A stretch of 64,000 bases of DNA. Source: Amoebidium appalachense. Lineage: Eukaryota > Protista > Ichthyosporea. The notes under the pieces are model-generated. The model was given only the letters and a program-made list of their open reading frames with translations. It was not told the DNA's origin and did no database searches. Each line of letters begins with the position of its first letter. The stretch's first letter is position 1. Both the position numbers and the translations under genes were made by a program. The stretch covers positions 9,979,962-10,043,961 of the forward strand of contig CAVNZM010000007.1 in NCBI GenBank assembly GCA_963693365.1, read 5' to 3'. Shown piece after piece: positions 59,179 to 64,000 of this stretch.

Positions 59179-59547
59179 GAGTAAAAGAGGTAGTTTCTTG
59201 TTAGGAATGCGTAGTCGCTTAATGAATCGGAGGGAAAGATCTCAAGTATGAAGGAGATATCCATGACTTACTATATCGCATGCATGTTTCCCATGAGATA
59301 ACCGTGAGGCATACGTAGGATATCCACGAGATATTCAAATATCTGGGCATATGTTACAATGGGCCTTCCCCCTCCCCCTCCCCCCCCCCCCCCCTCCCCA
59401 CTACCTCCAGATCCCTTCACCCCAACCCCCAGTATAAGCCCCAACACACCCAAGTTAAGACCTATCCCCCTAGTTCCATAGATGCGATGAGGTCCTTTTT
59501 TATCAGATTTGGAGGTTGCTGGGGCATGTGCATGGGTAATGAGAAGG

Positions 59548-59584
<37 letters not shown>

Positions 59585-59869
59585 GTGGAGGGGGGGGGGG
59601 GGAGCGGGGGGAGGATGAGAAGATGAGTGATTGGGATAGATCAAAGAAAAGGTAAATCCGGATCCTAACCCCCCCCCCCCCCCCCCCCTCTTCTCCCCCA
59701 CCACCTTCCACTCCCCCCTCCATAATGGCCATAGGTTACGTGAGGACCACTCATTGTAGACCTAGACAATAGTTGGGAGGGTGAGGCAGATGCGGACATG
59801 TGTGTGTTTCATGCTTTTCTTCTTTTTCTCCTTCTTCTTCTTCTTCTTCTTCTTCTTTTTTTTTTTTTT

Positions 59870-59900
<31 letters not shown>

Positions 59901-60042
59901 GGGGGACATATTTGCATGCATCTATTGTTGGGGGGGCAGGGGGGATGGGGGGGTGAGGAAGTTATGAAACCTGGGGGGAATAGTCAGTGGATGGGGGAGG
60001 GGAGCAAAGCAAGAAGCTTGCAGAGAGGAGGTGGCATGTGTG

Positions 60043-60085
<43 letters not shown>

Positions 60086-60376
60086 TTAGATATAAAGAAA
60101 GTGTTACACTATGGATGTTAGTGACCAAATTAGGGTTGTGGAAAAGAACCGTAAAGGTAAGAGGGAAGGGGTAAGGTGTTGCAGACTGTGCAGGGGGATC
60201 TAAAACCGACGGGAAAGGGGTGGGGGGAGGATGGGGGGGATGGGAGGGGGGGATGGGGGGGGGGGGGGGGGGGGGGGAGGGGCGGGGGTGTGTGTGTAAG
60301 GTTTGTCTCACTTCATCAGTGGCAGCCCCCTATGCGGAAACGCGCCCCCCCCCCCCCCCCCCCCCCCAAAAAAAAG

Positions 60377-60440
<64 letters not shown>

Positions 60441-60459
60441 AGAGAGAGGGGGGGGGGGG

Positions 60460-60501
<42 letters not shown>

Positions 60502-61688
60502 GGAGGGGGGGAAGAGAGAGAGTGTGTGTGAGAGAGTAATAAGCCGCCGGCAAGATCGAGCCACTTATATGTGGCTCGTTCGACAAGTTGCGCGCGATCC
60601 TTATACAAGTAGTGGTAAAAACACGAAACTCAGAAAAAAAACTGCACACCGACGTTCATGACAACCTAACGGTCACGTGGACACCAAGAACACGTAAGTT
60701 TGGTTCTGATAACTGCTGCATATTGCGCTGCGAACTTGGCGCTGCCAGCGAAAAACTGGATTTTCTGGGCGAATTTTTGGCAACGTGCCAAATATCGTCT
60801 CCTCACGGTGTGCTACACCATTTAGTAATTAGTAGCAAATAAAGAAATTAGTGTGGGCATGCTAGTCATAAAGTTTCAGGGATTTTTGTTGTGCTTTCAT
60901 CGAGTTCACCATGTAGCGTTCTGTAGAGGCTCGCCCTCTCCCACCGGAAATGTGGGTCCGCAATCACACACACACACAACACAGCCCCATTTTGAGACTG
61001 CCTGCCGACGTCAAAAATGACTTGAGCTGGTATATGCTGAACCCCAATTAGCACTAGTCGCATGTACATGTTACTTGCTTCTATAGATCTATGGATAGTA
61101 CTGCCATTTACATAGCTGTTTCAGATGACCTCAATCGGGCGGAATCGAGCCTGACTGGGGCTTTCCGGACAAATTATGGGTTTTGTCAAAATATGGTCGC
61201 CCAAAGGAGCGTGGGCCCTTCAGGAAGTAGTAGAAGCAAAAAGAAGTGTGGTAGCTTGCCCGGGGCAAAGTTTGAAGGCTTTATGTTGTCTTTTCATCGA
61301 GTTCACTATGTAGCGTTTTCCAGCGGTTCACCCGCTCCGGAGGGATCCTGGGCCAATTTTGATCTGGCGACAAACGAGGAATGCGGAAAAAATACGATAC
61401 CCCTTGTTGGTTGGCAAGCGCTGGCACCCTCTTTTATTACACCAATCACCTTGGTCCAGAGACAAAAAAGGCAGGAAACCTTAGCAGCTAACTGGGCATA
61501 CCAAGAAAGCGCGCGCGACTCTCGACCACTAAGCTCTGAAACGGGCCACTCTGGTGGCTCGTTCGGCTTGGATGAGCCACATATGTATCAAGAGAGAAGG
61601 GGGGGGGGGGGGGGGGGGGAGAGAGAGAGAGAGTGAGTGAGATATAAAAAAGAAAAGAAGAAAACTTGCGCACCCCCCCCTCCCCTCC

Positions 61689-61993
<305 letters not shown>

Positions 61994-62808
61994 GAAAACT
62001 TGCGAGAGAGAGAGAGAGGGGGGGGAGAGAGAAAGAGACGAAAACTTGCGCGCACACCCCAAAACACACATACACATACCAACATATCAGAACAGCCTTG
62101 GAATTCCAAGGCTTTTGTTTGTTTGTTTGTTTGTTTGTTTGTTTGTTTGTCTGTTTGTTTGTTTAATTGTTTGTTCGTTCGTTCGTTTTTTTTGTTTTTT
62201 TCTTTTGGGGGGGGGGGGGGGGGGGGGGGGGAGGGGGGAGGGGGGGAGGGGGGAGGGGGGGGGGGGGGGGGGGAGGGGGGGGAGGGGGGGGGGGGGGGGG
62301 GATTACGGAGTGGCGACATTTTTAGGATGTTGCTGAGGTGGTAAGGTAGACGGAGGGGGTGCGACGGGAAAGTGGGAGGGAAGGGGAGGGTCATGCTTCG
62401 GATGCACAAAACACCGTCAGTGAGTTGCATGCTGTAATTTTATTTATAGATAATGAGTGCGGGCCAAGCCCACATAGTCCATGGTGGCCAAACAAAACAC
62501 CTAGTGCTTTAGTGTGACTTATCGATATGCCATGGGGCATATATATCACATCAAGAGCACTTTGATGGCACTCATCTGAGATAACATGACAGGTTGCGGC
62601 AAGTGGCAGCATCATCGTTTCTAAGCCAACTTCCGCACAGTGTCAATAATGAATAACCCACTGGACTGCCTAAATATAATGCTCTAATTTACATTACCCA
62701 CAGCCTATATTTTCCACGGTGCCAAAAACAAACATCACTGCAGCTGTGCAAGGAGAAGGGCTTCATATGAACACAGCCTGTGCTTTGTGTGCACACAGTC
62801 AGATGAAA

Positions 62809-63726
62809 CTAGGCCGAGCCACCAACAGAGCCCCCAGGAGATCCACCGTCCGTAGGCCCACCGGCAGGGGGGGTAGGGGTGCTTGAGCCAGAGTCGGTGG
62901 GCGGGGTTGGGGGGGTGGCACCAGTGGAACCGCCAGAAGGAGCCGAATAAGAGTTGCCGGGCCCAGCAACATTGCCGTCCCACGCATGGGGGGCACAGCA
63001 CTGGGACTTGCTGCACTTGGGCACGCCCTCATACTTGCCACTGTAGCGGGTGCAAAACTTGCCAACCTGCAGCACCTTCCCAGACGGGCACGTGACATGC
63101 TTGGCCGCGGCATAGCAGTCGCAGCGCCAGTCGTAGTTCTTTTCGGGCTGCGGCACGTAGGGAGGGTACTGCTGGCACACGTGGTCGGGCTGGGGGTTTT
63201 CGGTGATCAGGGCGCAGCACTGGTCCTTGCTGCACGGCCCAATGCCGTTCTGAGACGTGGCGCTCGGGCCGTCCAGGTTGACCTTCTCGAAGCACTTGTA
63301 GCCCTTCAGCGTGTCCTCCCACCAGTTCTTGCGCGGCCACCCGCAGTCGTCGCCGCCGCTGGTCCACTGCCAGCAGTCGCTCAGCACGCGCACATAGGCC
63401 TTGCAGCAGTAGTCCTTGCCGCATGCCGTGTTGCCGCTGCCCTGCAGCGTGCAATCGCGGTCCTCCACGCCGTTGTTGCATTTAATGCTGTTGTCGTTGA
63501 CATAGGTCATGCACTGTGTGGTTGGTGGGGGGTCTTGGGGGTTGCAGCAGCGCTTTTCGCTGCATGAATCGCTGTTGGTAAACGTGGAGGGGTTGCAGAA
63601 GTTATCCGTGTTTGTGCCATGGAAGCACACCGTGCCCGAGTTGGGGACCCACTTGGCGCACGAAATCAGGCTGGTGCCCATGGCGGCACCAAGAAGGCCT
63701 GCGCCCACAACAAAGCGGAACACCAT
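62809..63726 (-). CDS. Intronless secreted cysteine-rich repeat protein with Pro/Thr/Ser/Gly tail, ~305 aa
   Basis: ATG at 63726 (MVFRFVVGAGLLGAAMG, signal-peptide-like); TATATA on the minus strand near 63820; four Cys-rich units ending CSEKRCC, CGKDYCC, CSKDQCC, CSKSQCC; strong GC3 bias; tail GGSTGATPPTPPTDSGSSTPTPPAGG. Confidence 0.88.
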   Translation of the reverse strand: MVFRFVVGAGLLGAAMGTSLISCAKWVPNSGTVCFHGTNTDNFCNPSTFTNSDSCSEKRCCNPQDPPPTTQCMTYVNDNSIKCNNGVEDRDCTLQGSGNTACGKDYCCKAYVRVLSDCWQWTSGGDDCGWPRKNWWEDTLKGYKCFEKVNLDGPSATSQNGIGPCSKDQCCALITENPQPDHVCQQYPPYVPQPEKNYDWRCDCYAAAKHVTCPSGKVLQVGKFCTRYSGKYEGVPKCSKSQCCAPHAWDGNVAGPGNSYSAPSGGSTGATPPTPPTDSGSSTPTPPAGGPTDGGSPGGSVGGSA

Positions 63727-64000
63727 CTTCAGTATCGGCCTGTGTTGGAAGTTATTGAAGTCGTCTATAGCAGCTTTGACAAAGCACAGACTGATGGAGG
63801 AGCCTGTGATTGAGCGAAAATATATACCCACGGTGAAATCCCAGCGCACCAATCAGCGTAATGCAATCTATTATGTTATGCTGACAGAGAGAGGAGGGTA
63901 ATCTTTGACCAAATCGGCCTTCAACGTTGGAACAGTGCAACAATACAGATGTTTCTTGGAGTTATCCATTAAATATAACATTATGTATGGATGTTGTTGT

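Noticed and set aside
61091-61636. 181-aa plus-strand ORF as a gene
   Set aside because: No recognisable motifs, runs into microsatellite; kept only as part of a low-interest finding.

Overview
Eukaryotic genomic DNA with GT-AG introns and very dense poly-C/poly-G, (CA)n/(GT)n and (GA)n microsatellites; most ORFs in the supplied track are low-complexity artefacts. Manual splice reconstruction gives: (1) a 10-exon, ~478-aa, strongly divergent p300/CBP-type (KAT3) acetyltransferase gene at 5154-12777 (+), with substitutions at active-site positions; (2) a TauE/SafE-family membrane protein gene with at least 17 exons, 17917-30613 (+), 5' exons tentatively back to 14487; (3) two tandem 2-exon aquaporin paralogs on the minus strand (32828-34041, 37310-38974) with an AQP1-like F/H/C/R filter; (4) a ~11 kb transposon nest (39.1-50.2 kb) holding hAT-, Harbinger- and Stowaway-like MITEs, a chromovirus integrase remnant, an APE-LINE fragment and a 5'-truncated RNase H-bearing LINE with a 13-bp TSD; (5) an intronless gene with a Bni4/Phactr/neurabin-like PP1-docking module (54060-54920); (6) an intronless secreted protein with four Cys-rich repeats ending C-x4-CC (62809-63726). 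A piggyBac-type MITE lies in a TauE intron. All homology calls are from remembered family motifs, not database searches. The organism is not determinable; a unicellular opisthokont/protist is a weak inference.
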